Shown piece by piece: positions 1 through 8,004 of a stretch of DNA of 32,375 nucleotides. The position numbers and the translations under genes were made by a program. The notes under the pieces were generated by a model that was not told the origin of the DNA, ran no database searches, and saw nothing but the letters and a program-made list of their open reading frames with translations. Within the stretch, counting starts at the first letter, position 1; each line of letters opens with the position of its first letter. Source of the stretch: a virus (lineage: Duplodnaviria; Caudoviricetes); IMG/VR virus record IMGVR_UViG_3300023283_000317, positions 1-32,375 of that record; one strand, 5' to 3'.

Positions 1-468
1 GCGTGTGGATGTTCAGCGAACCGCTGGCCGGCCGGCGGCAGGTGAACGTGACCGAGCGTCGCACCGCGGTGGACTGGGCGCATCAGATGCGCGAGCTGGT
101 GGACGTGCACTATCCCGAGGCCGAGCGTGTGACGGTGGTGCTGGACAACCTCAACACGCACACCCCGGCGTCGCTGTACGAAGCGTTCGAACCCGCCGAA
201 GCGCGCCGGCTCGCCGAGAAACTGGAACTGGTGTACACGCCCAAGCACGGCTCGTGGTTGAACGTCGCGGAGATCGAGTTAAGCGTGCTCAGCCGACAGT
301 GCCTGGATCGACGCATGCCCAAGCGTTCGATGATCGCTCAAGAGATCGCGGCGTGGGAGGATCGTCGCAATCAGGATGCATGCACGATCGACTGGCGCTT
401 CACCACCGCCGACGCTCGCATCAAGCTAAAACACCTGTACCCGAAGACTCAGACGTGACGCGGTACTA
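1..468 (+). mobile_element. Right end of an IS630-family insertion sequence
   Basis: Transposase stop followed by CGCGGTAC and TA (467-468, within CTAG); IS630 elements duplicate TA. Left end is outside the window so the inverted repeat cannot be verified. Confidence 0.75.
3..458 (+). CDS. IS630-family transposase, C-terminal DDE part (5' truncated by window)
   Basis: Motifs VVLDNLNTH, YTPKHGSWLNVAEIELSVL and WRFTTADARIKLKHLYP are typical of IS630/DDE_3 transposases. Confidence 0.93.
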   Translation: MWMFSEPLAGRRQVNVTERRTAVDWAHQMRELVDVHYPEAERVTVVLDNLNTHTPASLYEAFEPAEARRLAEKLELVYTPKHGSWLNVAEIELSVLSRQCLDRRMPKRSMIAQEIAAWEDRRNQDACTIDWRFTTADARIKLKHLYPKTQT

Positions 469-1407
469 GACGCGGTTGACGATGTCGGTCGAGTCTTCGA
501 CCACAGTGAAACCTCCTGCTGGCCGCCAGGCGAGTTGGAGGCTTTGAAGGAACTCGGGCTGGTGCGCCAGGCTGCCAGCGGCCTGCACGCTCCCTGCCCC
601 AACTGCGATGAAGCGCACATCGAACCCGTGACGATCCGGCGGACGCCCGGATCATCGCCGCGCTATTTCATCCGATGCCCGGAGTCGATGCGGGTCGAAG
701 TGACCGCCGACATGTGCGTCGGGTGGCAAGTCGACGGCGATGGCCTGGCGAAAGCCTTGTCCGACGCCATGGACATGAAGGCCAAACCGAAGGCGATGGT
801 CCCCGGCCGACTTTGGCGGCTGGGGCGCACCCCGTGGAAGCAGACGACGCGCGAGGTGGTGCTGGCAACCCGGTTGCACGAAGCCGATGCAGCTGCCGTC
901 GCCGCCCACCTTGGTCCCGGTGGCCGGACCATCGTGTTTGTGCCGCGCGACGCTCCGGACGATCGCATATGGCCGGGCCATGTGCCGGCAGTTGTCGCAC
1001 TGTCGCGGGTCGCGACACTCACGCCGCAGGGCATCCAACTGGATGTGGCGGCGATGACGGAGATCGTCGCCGATGCCGATGCCCTGGCCGAGGCAAGGTC
1101 GGTGCTGCCCGTCGATCCCGAGGTGAAGAAGCAGGTCGTGCGACAACAGGTCAGGTCGGAAATCAAGGGACACCTCGAAGACGACGTCCTCATTGCCGCC
1201 TGGAAGATGCATGGATCAGTTCGAAAAGCAGCCTCGGCGCTTACTGACCAGATGGGTCGGACCGTAACCAAAGACAAGGTTCAAGCTGCGATCACACGAG
1301 CAGGCGGAGCTAAAGCTCTTCGTGAATCTGACGACTCGGGTTCTGTCGCCAGAACTGTCGCGTCGCAATCCCGCGACAGGCCGAAAAAAGTTCTTGAACG
1401 CCGCTAG
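466..1407 (+). pseudogene. Cys-motif (CPNC...C) protein with C-terminal HTH-like region, probably interrupted near its 5' end by IS630; possible internal TTG start at 535
   Basis: The frame of ORF 535-1407 continues back to the IS junction (LDAVDDVGRVFDHSETSCWPPGELEAL); C-terminal GSVRKAASALTDQMGRTVTKDKV looks HTH-like. Confidence 0.6.
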
Positions 1408-1437
1408 CCGCGTATCAGCAACAGCTTAAGTCTCGCC

Positions 1438-1462
1438 AGGCGGGCTTTGATCCCGCCTTTTT
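1438..1462 (+). terminator. Intrinsic terminator-like hairpin
   Basis: AGGCGGG-ctttgat-CCCGCCT followed by TTTT, about 30 nt after the stop at 1407. Confidence 0.6.
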
Positions 1463-1628
1463 CATGCGCCAACCGCGACACCGCGGGCCTCGGTCGAGGC
1501 CGGCCCGGCTCATAACCGGCCAGTCACGACCGCACCTGTGATCCTCGCGGCAAGGTGTCGCGGCACAGACCCACGACTGTGCGTTCGGCGATTGGTTCGG
1601 GAGCAAAACGACCGGCCTCGAGGTAACC

Positions 1629-2210
1629 ATGGCCTCGAGCCACGACGTCGTTTCGAACCCGTACGCACAATCTCTCATCCGCATCAAGGCACGCCAGCTC
1701 TGCCGGCGCGCCGACTTTAGCCGATCGGATCTGGAGGACCTGCACCAGGAGATGAAGATGTATCTCCTGAAGGTCGGCCACCTCTTCGATCCGAGTCGGG
1801 CCCGCATGGAAACGTTCATCGCACGCGCGATCAACTCGTGCATCGCGATGATCCTGCGGGACCGGCGGCGGGACAAACGCCGTATCGACGTGGAACACGT
1901 GTCGCTGGAGGGCACCGAACTGCCTGGCGACAACGGAACGTTCTCCCTCTGGGCGCAACTCAGCACCGACGATCTATCTCGCCGAACGGGCCAATCGCCC
2001 GTCGATCCTGTCGACGCCATCGATTCCCAAGACGCCTTCACGTGGGCAATGGACCAACTCTCTGCTGACGATCGCGAGATCGCCGCGCTGGTGATGGAGC
2101 GCGGCAAGGCGGGCGCTGCCCGTGAGCGCGGCGTGTCGCGCCGGCAGATCGACAACGCGCTGCAGCGGATGCGCCGGCACTTTGAAGACGCCGGTCTGGG
2201 CGGTGCGTGA
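1629..2210 (+). CDS. Phage-encoded sigma-70/ECF-like RNA polymerase sigma factor
   Basis: Region-2-like DLEDLHQE...FDPSRARMETFIARAINS; region-4 HTH LSADDREIA...AARERGVSRRQIDNALQRMR; GAGG RBS. Confidence 0.82.
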   Translation: MASSHDVVSNPYAQSLIRIKARQLCRRADFSRSDLEDLHQEMKMYLLKVGHLFDPSRARMETFIARAINSCIAMILRDRRRDKRRIDVEHVSLEGTELPGDNGTFSLWAQLSTDDLSRRTGQSPVDPVDAIDSQDAFTWAMDQLSADDREIAALVMERGKAGAARERGVSRRQIDNALQRMRRHFEDAGLGGA

Positions 2211-2222
2211 CACGTTGATCGA

Positions 2223-2256
2223 CGGACGCCGCCGATGACGGCGGCATACATACCCA
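2223..2256 (+). promoter_or_regulatory. Candidate phage-sigma promoter, copy 1
   Basis: CGGACG-N13-CGGCATACATACCCA; the 15-mer is identical to 19437-19451. Confidence 0.55.
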
Positions 2257-2369
2257 GTGCCCCCGGAACCGGACCGGCCCCAGAGTCTCGAAGGCAAGGA
2301 CGCCAGCGGGTCACCCAGGCGCTGGGGGGCCGGTTGATGACGGATGACCGCAGCTACTGGAGACCTGCG

Positions 2370-2672
2370 ATGACCACCGACGTGTATCGCATCACGATCG
2401 ACCGCGCCGCGAAGGTCAGCGAAGCAGAGCAGACGCTGCACCTGGCCATCCTCGCGGCGGAAGGTCTGTTCGGCGAAGCACAGGTTCGCATGGACATGGC
2501 CTACCACGTCGATGAGCCGCGCCAGGCGTTGATCATCGATGGCTCGACCGCCGTGGGTCGCGCCGTGCTCCGCATGTTCATCGCGCTGCTGCTTCACGAA
2601 ATCGGCCGCGAGGCCTTCACCGTTCGGCGCGTTCCACAGATTCATCGTTCACCGCTGGGGAGGGCCGCATGA
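2370..2672 (+). CDS. Hypothetical phage protein (100 aa)
   Basis: GGAG RBS before ATG 2370; stop overlaps next start (ATGA). Confidence 0.7.
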   Translation: MTTDVYRITIDRAAKVSEAEQTLHLAILAAEGLFGEAQVRMDMAYHVDEPRQALIIDGSTAVGRAVLRMFIALLLHEIGREAFTVRRVPQIHRSPLGRAA

Positions 2673-3844
2673 ACGGGTCGCGCGATGACATCCCGCTCGT
2701 GCGACTCGGCCAAGGCGACTACGCCCGCGACATCTACCCCTGCCTCGCCCCCGGATTTGGCCCGCGGAACACCAACCCCACCACGACGCCCATGAACACC
2801 ACGACTTCCATGACACCTGGAACCAACCGCGACGTTCTGACCTACTCGGCGCTGAACTGTTTCCGCAACTGCCCGCGGAAGTACAAGCTGCGCTACATCG
2901 ATCAACTCAGGCGTCCCGAACGGCCCGATGCCCTCGCCTTCGGCAGCGTCATTCACGCTGCGCTCGAGCAGTGGTATCGCACCGTCGATGACGAACGCCG
3001 ACTCCTGAAGGTGCTCGACGTGATCGATGACCATTTCCCCGGCCGGGCCAACGATCCCGATCACAAGTCCCGCTGGCATCTGGCGCGGGCCATGTTCGAG
3101 GGCTACGCCCGGCGCTACCCGACCGAGGACTTCGAGATCGTCGAGATCGAGAAGGAATTCACTGCAGAGATTCGCAACCCGGACACCGGCCGACCCAGCC
3201 AGACGTTCATCATCGCCGGCAAGGCCGACGGGATCGTGCAACAGGATGGCGAGCTGTATCTGCTCGAGCACAAGACCGCTTCGGCGATCACTTCCGACTA
3301 CCTCGACCGTCTGTGGACCGACACACAGATCGCGCTGTACTGCCACTACCTGCGGGAGCTCGGTTATCCGATCGTCGGCGTGATCTACAACGTCTTGCTC
3401 AAGACCCGCCTCAAGCAGCGCGAAGGCGAGACGCTGGAAGAGTACGAGGCTCGGCGCGCGGCGCTGGCTGCGAAGAACAAATCGGGCCGCTCGACTGCGA
3501 AGCGCCAACAGCCGGAGACCGACGAGGATTTTCGGGCTCGGCTGGCTGACTGGTACACGCAGCCCGGCGCTTTTCATCGTGAGCGCATTTACCTGTCGGC
3601 CGATCGCATGGCCATGCTGCAGGAAGAGGTCTGGGAGATCACGCAGCAGTATCTCGACGCGCGCCGCCGGGGCAAGTGGCTGCTCAACACTTCCAGCTGC
3701 TTCAGCTTTCAGCGGGCCTGCGACTACCTGCCGTTGTGCCAGTCGGGTTTCAGCCCCAACGTGCGAGACAACCTCTACGAGGTGGTGCCACCGCACGAGG
3801 AACTGGCGGAGCTGACCGTCGGCGCGACTGATGGTGACTTCTGA
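2669..3844 (+). CDS. PD-(D/E)XK nuclease, Cas4/AddB-like (start may be 2792 or 2810)
   Basis: TYSALNCFRNCPRKY, FGSVIH, GKADG...LEHKT, QIALY and three C-terminal Cys, consistent with an Fe-S staple. Confidence 0.88.
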   Translation: MNGSRDDIPLVRLGQGDYARDIYPCLAPGFGPRNTNPTTTPMNTTTSMTPGTNRDVLTYSALNCFRNCPRKYKLRYIDQLRRPERPDALAFGSVIHAALEQWYRTVDDERRLLKVLDVIDDHFPGRANDPDHKSRWHLARAMFEGYARRYPTEDFEIVEIEKEFTAEIRNPDTGRPSQTFIIAGKADGIVQQDGELYLLEHKTASAITSDYLDRLWTDTQIALYCHYLRELGYPIVGVIYNVLLKTRLKQREGETLEEYEARRAALAAKNKSGRSTAKRQQPETDEDFRARLADWYTQPGAFHRERIYLSADRMAMLQEEVWEITQQYLDARRRGKWLLNTSSCFSFQRACDYLPLCQSGFSPNVRDNLYEVVPPHEELAELTVGATDGDF

Positions 3845-3874
3845 CCCACGCCCAACGCCCATGGAGACCACGAC

Positions 3875-4648
3875 ATGACCGTCTGCCTGCCTGCGAACAA
3901 GTCCACGCCCACCACCGACCTGTCGACGAAGACCACGCTGATCTACGGGCCGCCGAAGATCGGCAAGTCGAGCTTCGCCGCCCGGTTCCCCGACGCCCTG
4001 TTCTTCGAATGCGAGCCGGGCCTCGGCGAACTGTCGGTCTACAAGGTGCCTACCTACAGCTGGGCTGATTTGCTCGAAGCGTGCAAGCTGGTCGCGGCCG
4101 GAAATCACCAGTTCAAGACCGTGGTGATCGACACCGTCGATAACGCCTTCAAGTTCTGCACCGACCACGTCAACGCCAAGCACAACGTCGAATACGAGGG
4201 CGACCTCGATCACGGCAAAGGGTGGGCGTTCGTCAAAAACGAATGGCACCGGGTGCTGACGCGCCTGGCCAGCCTGCCGGTGGGCCTGGTGTTGATCAGC
4301 CACGCGACCGACAAGCAGATCGAAACCCGTACCGGCAAGTACAGCAAGACCCAGCCGTCGCTGCCCGACCGCGCGCGCCATGTTGTGTTGGGTCTGGTGG
4401 ACATGATCCTGTACTGCGACACCACCTCCCGCCCCAAGGCCTCCGGTTCCGGGGGCGGCAAGGGCAGCGAGATCGTTCGCATCATCCGCACCAAACCCCA
4501 TCCGACCTACGAGGCGGGCGATCGCACGGGCCGGCTCCCCGAAGTGATGTCGCTCGAATTCGCCGCCTTCGCCAGCCACTTCGCTGGGCCGGCCACGCCC
4601 GCCGGCGCTCGTCCCGCCGCACAACCACAACCCTCCAGCAAGGAGTAA
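3875..4648 (+). CDS. Sak4-like (AAA_24) recombination ATPase
   Basis: Walker A YGPPKIGKS, Walker B VVIDT, LISH; lies between exonuclease and SSB genes. Confidence 0.85.
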   Translation: MTVCLPANKSTPTTDLSTKTTLIYGPPKIGKSSFAARFPDALFFECEPGLGELSVYKVPTYSWADLLEACKLVAAGNHQFKTVVIDTVDNAFKFCTDHVNAKHNVEYEGDLDHGKGWAFVKNEWHRVLTRLASLPVGLVLISHATDKQIETRTGKYSKTQPSLPDRARHVVLGLVDMILYCDTTSRPKASGSGGGKGSEIVRIIRTKPHPTYEAGDRTGRLPEVMSLEFAAFASHFAGPATPAGARPAAQPQPSSKE

Positions 4649-4654
4649 CCGGCC

Positions 4655-5254
4655 ATGACTGATCCTTCGATGACCGCCACGAACACGAACAATGAACCCG
4701 CCTTCGATCCGGCCAATCCCGGTGGCGCAGGTTCTCCTGCGCCGGAAAGCGCCGGCTTCGACGACGACCCGGCCGCGCACGAAGCGTTCGGTGATCCGGA
4801 GTCGGGTCCGCGCGCAGGTGCCGTCAGTGATCTGAGGGCGTTCGACGAAGAGTACGACGATGCCGAGGTGCCGTCCTACGAAGAGGTGCCCGACGGCAAG
4901 TACCAGGTTCGCGTGCATCGCGTGGAACTGGGCACCAGCCAGGCGGGCGATCCCATGCTCAAGTGGGACCTGGTCGTCCTGTCCGGCCAGCATGCCGGTC
5001 GCCACGTGTTCAAGAGCGCGGTGATCACGCACAAGTCGCTGCCGTTCGTCAAGGGCGATCTGCACACCCTCGGTGTCCAGTTGCCCAGGTTCAGCGACTT
5101 GCCGAACCATCTCGATCAACTGCTCGACCAGACGCTGGAGATCACCAAGCGTACGCGCGGCGAATACACCAACGTCTACTTCAACCGCCGACTCGAAGGC
5201 CTGCCCAGCGCCGGTGTCGACGGCCTGCCCGACGATGAACCCGCGCCGTTCTGA
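4655..5254 (+). CDS. DUF669-like single-stranded DNA-binding protein
   Basis: VPDGKYQVRV...SQAGDPMLKW OB-fold-like core; acidic tail ending DDEPAPF; AAGGAG RBS. Confidence 0.8.
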   Translation: MTDPSMTATNTNNEPAFDPANPGGAGSPAPESAGFDDDPAAHEAFGDPESGPRAGAVSDLRAFDEEYDDAEVPSYEEVPDGKYQVRVHRVELGTSQAGDPMLKWDLVVLSGQHAGRHVFKSAVITHKSLPFVKGDLHTLGVQLPRFSDLPNHLDQLLDQTLEITKRTRGEYTNVYFNRRLEGLPSAGVDGLPDDEPAPF

Positions 5255-5315
5255 ATCATGCATCTCTCCGACGCTTGCTCGGTCGGTTCCCGTTCGAGTC
5301 AACGTCAGTCGTGGG

Positions 5316-5369
5316 GCCGCCCCTGGCCTCGCCCGGCATTCTGGGTCCGGGGTCAGGGGACGGCTTTTT
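5316..5369 (+). terminator. Long GC-rich hairpin plus T5 (terminator or attenuator)
   Basis: GCCG/CGGC, CCCCTGGCCTCG/CGGGGTCAGGGG (with G-U) and CCCGG/CTGGG stems, CATT loop, then TTTTT. Confidence 0.6.
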
Positions 5370-5383
5370 CACCAGGAGTCTCC

Positions 5384-5848
5384 ATGACCTCAGAGACGCG
5401 CCCGATGGACTTCGCCATCGTCATTGATTCACGCGAGCAGCAACCGTACTCCTTCGGCTGCGCCACGGAAGTTCGCAAGCTCAATGCGGGCGACTATTCC
5501 GTGGTTGACCAGGAAGACCGTATCGCTGTCGAGCGCAAGAGCCTGCCGGACTTCGTGCGCACCGTCATCCACGACGCACCACGATTTCGCAGCGAGTTGG
5601 CCAAGTTGTCAGCCTGCGAATTCGCATGCGTCGCAGTCGAGGCCGATCTCGATCAGGTGCTGCGCGGCCTGCGCCAGTCCGACCTGCGGCTTGTCACGCC
5701 AGCGGCCGTGCTGGGTGCGGCGTTGCACATCGCTGTCCACCATCGCATCCCCGTGTACTGGTGCGGCAGCCGCCAGGCTGCCTGTGCGTTCACTGAGGCG
5801 TTTTTGCGCATGGCTGTGCGTGCCGGGGGCAAGGGGGTGGCGAGGTGA
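5384..5848 (+). CDS. ERCC4/XPF-domain nuclease
   Basis: IVIDSREQ, GDY and AVERKSLPDF (ERKxxxD) motifs; AGGAG RBS before ATG 5384. Confidence 0.88.
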   Translation: MTSETRPMDFAIVIDSREQQPYSFGCATEVRKLNAGDYSVVDQEDRIAVERKSLPDFVRTVIHDAPRFRSELAKLSACEFACVAVEADLDQVLRGLRQSDLRLVTPAAVLGAALHIAVHHRIPVYWCGSRQAACAFTEAFLRMAVRAGGKGVAR

Positions 5849-8004
5849 GCCAGACGATCCACGGCACGGTCGTGAAGACCTACTACAGCGACGCGCAGTT
5901 CTCGGCCGGCGTGATCGCTACCGACGACGGCACGCAAGTTCGGTTCCGCGGGCGGCTGTATGCCGCCGAAGGCGATCGGCTGTCGGCGATCGGCCAGTGG
6001 ACGGTTGACCCGAAGTACGGCCATCAATTTGAGATCAAACAGCTCGACTATGAACTGCCCCAGACCCGGGAGGGGCTGATCAACTACTTATCCAAGCACC
6101 CGGCCTTCGTCGGGGTCGGACAGAAGAGCGCCGAGCGGATCGTGGACGTGCTCGCGGACGGCGAAGAACTCGGCGAGGCGCTGCGCAGTCGATTCGACGA
6201 CTTCGTCGCCGCCGGCGTGCCGCGCAAGACGCTTGAGGCCTTGGCGAGTTCGTGGGACCAACATGCCGGCGAGAACGCCGTCCGCTCGTACCTCGCCGGC
6301 TTCGGCCTGACTCCACACCAGATGCAGACGCTGCTGGAGAAGTTCGGCACCAGCATCGTCTCAATGCTCAAGCACGACCCGTACCTACTGATCAAACATC
6401 TGTCGGGCTACGGTTTCAAGAAGGTCGACCAGATCGCCCTGAAACTCGGCGTCGCCAAGACGCATCCGGGCCGGATCGAAGCGGCGCTGTCTTACTGCGT
6501 CTCGCAGCAGATCAGCAACGGTCACACCTGGACACCCGGCAGCGAGCTGGTCACGCAGGCGAACGATGCGTTGGTGATCGACACGCTGGACAGCCGCGAT
6601 CTGATCCAAGCGGCAGGCAACCGGCTGATCGCCAACGGTGACCTGGTCGCCGACGGCTGCGCCGTCACATTGCCGTGGCTGCACCGCAATGAGCAGTTGA
6701 TCGAAGCGGCCTTCCGGCGCGCGGCGCGAACAGACGACGAGACACCCGACGTGTCAACCCGTCGTCCCGAAGACGATCTCAGCGATGATCAGCGTGAGGC
6801 ATTCCACACGGCGATCACCAATCGCATCTCCGTCATCTCCGGCGGCGCGGGCACCGGCAAGACCTACGTGGTGGCCCGATTGGCCCGTCGCTTTCAGGAG
6901 GCCGGGCTGGTTGTCAGTCTCGCCGCCCCAACGGGCAAAGCCGCCAAGCGCATCGAACAACTGCTGCGCGCCCATGGCGTTGACCTGTCCGCGTCCACGA
7001 TCCATCGCCTGCTGGGCTACAACGGCATCGAGTACCGCGAAGACATCCTGCCCGCGGACGTGGTCATCATCGACGAGGTGTCGATGGTCGACGTGCCGCT
7101 CATGGCCGAGTTGCTACGCCATATCGATCTCGACCGCACCCGCCTGATCCTTGTCGGCGACCACAACCAACTGCCGCCGGTCGGGCCCGGCAACGTGCTG
7201 CGCGACTTGATCCAGCACAACCTGGTGCCTGCCACCGTGATGACGAAGGTCCACCGCCAGGCCGGCGTGCTGAAGACCAACAGCGTGGGCGTCTTGAAGG
7301 GACAACTGGCACCGAGCGCCACGGATGATCAGTCGCGGTGGGTGGTGGTCAACCGTTTCCGCGATGCTCAGGCCATCAAGCATTGGCTGCGTGACCTGGT
7401 CCTGACGGACATCCCGAAGCGGTACGGTTTTGATCCCGTCCATGACGTTCAGATCATCACGCCCGAGCACCGCGGGCCGCTGGGCACACGGTCGCTCAAC
7501 CAGATGATGCAGTACCTGCTCCCCCGGAAACGTCCCCAAGCCCGGAATGGCGACGTGCCGAGCGACAGCAAACCGGGTCGCCTACTTCCGGGAGACAAGG
7601 TGATTCAGACACGGAACGACTACGAGCTGGGCGTGATGAACGGCACGATCGGTTTCGTGCAGGAGGTGGGCAAGAGCGGATTGGTGATCGACTTCGAAGG
7701 CAAGGACGACGTCGAGGTCGACTGGAACAAGGCCAAGTCGGTGGACCTGGCGTATGCCCTCACGGCGCACAAGGCCCAGGGCAGCGAGTTTCCCTGCGCC
7801 GTGGTTCTCTGTCACAAGTCACACTTCTTCGCCGATCGTAACTGGCTCTACACCGCCGTGACCCGCGCCGCGCACACCTGCGTGCTGGTCGGCGATGACT
7901 ACGGGCTGCGCCGAGCGGCCAGTCAGGTGCGCAACACCAAGCGCCGGACGTGGATGAGTCTTTGGGCATCGCGAGCGCGACAGTTGCAGGAGGCTGCGGC
8001 TTGA
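5845..8004 (+). CDS. recD2: RecD2-like SF1B DNA helicase
   Basis: N-terminal OB/HhH region, GGAGTGKT, IIDEVSM, VGDHNQLPPVG, YALTAHKAQGSEF, LYTAVTRA. Confidence 0.92.
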   Translation: MSQTIHGTVVKTYYSDAQFSAGVIATDDGTQVRFRGRLYAAEGDRLSAIGQWTVDPKYGHQFEIKQLDYELPQTREGLINYLSKHPAFVGVGQKSAERIVDVLADGEELGEALRSRFDDFVAAGVPRKTLEALASSWDQHAGENAVRSYLAGFGLTPHQMQTLLEKFGTSIVSMLKHDPYLLIKHLSGYGFKKVDQIALKLGVAKTHPGRIEAALSYCVSQQISNGHTWTPGSELVTQANDALVIDTLDSRDLIQAAGNRLIANGDLVADGCAVTLPWLHRNEQLIEAAFRRAARTDDETPDVSTRRPEDDLSDDQREAFHTAITNRISVISGGAGTGKTYVVARLARRFQEAGLVVSLAAPTGKAAKRIEQLLRAHGVDLSASTIHRLLGYNGIEYREDILPADVVIIDEVSMVDVPLMAELLRHIDLDRTRLILVGDHNQLPPVGPGNVLRDLIQHNLVPATVMTKVHRQAGVLKTNSVGVLKGQLAPSATDDQSRWVVVNRFRDAQAIKHWLRDLVLTDIPKRYGFDPVHDVQIITPEHRGPLGTRSLNQMMQYLLPRKRPQARNGDVPSDSKPGRLLPGDKVIQTRNDYELGVMNGTIGFVQEVGKSGLVIDFEGKDDVEVDWNKAKSVDLAYALTAHKAQGSEFPCAVVLCHKSHFFADRNWLYTAVTRAAHTCVLVGDDYGLRRAASQVRNTKRRTWMSLWASRARQLQEAAA

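Noticed and set aside
2669-3844. Cas4-like gene as evidence of CRISPR-Cas
   Set aside because: No array or other cas genes; context is phage recombination
2642-5302. 886-aa minus-strand ORF, and similar ones at 19432-21036, 21920-23290, 24102-25862 and 28218-29921
   Set aside because: Shadows of recognisable plus-strand phage genes
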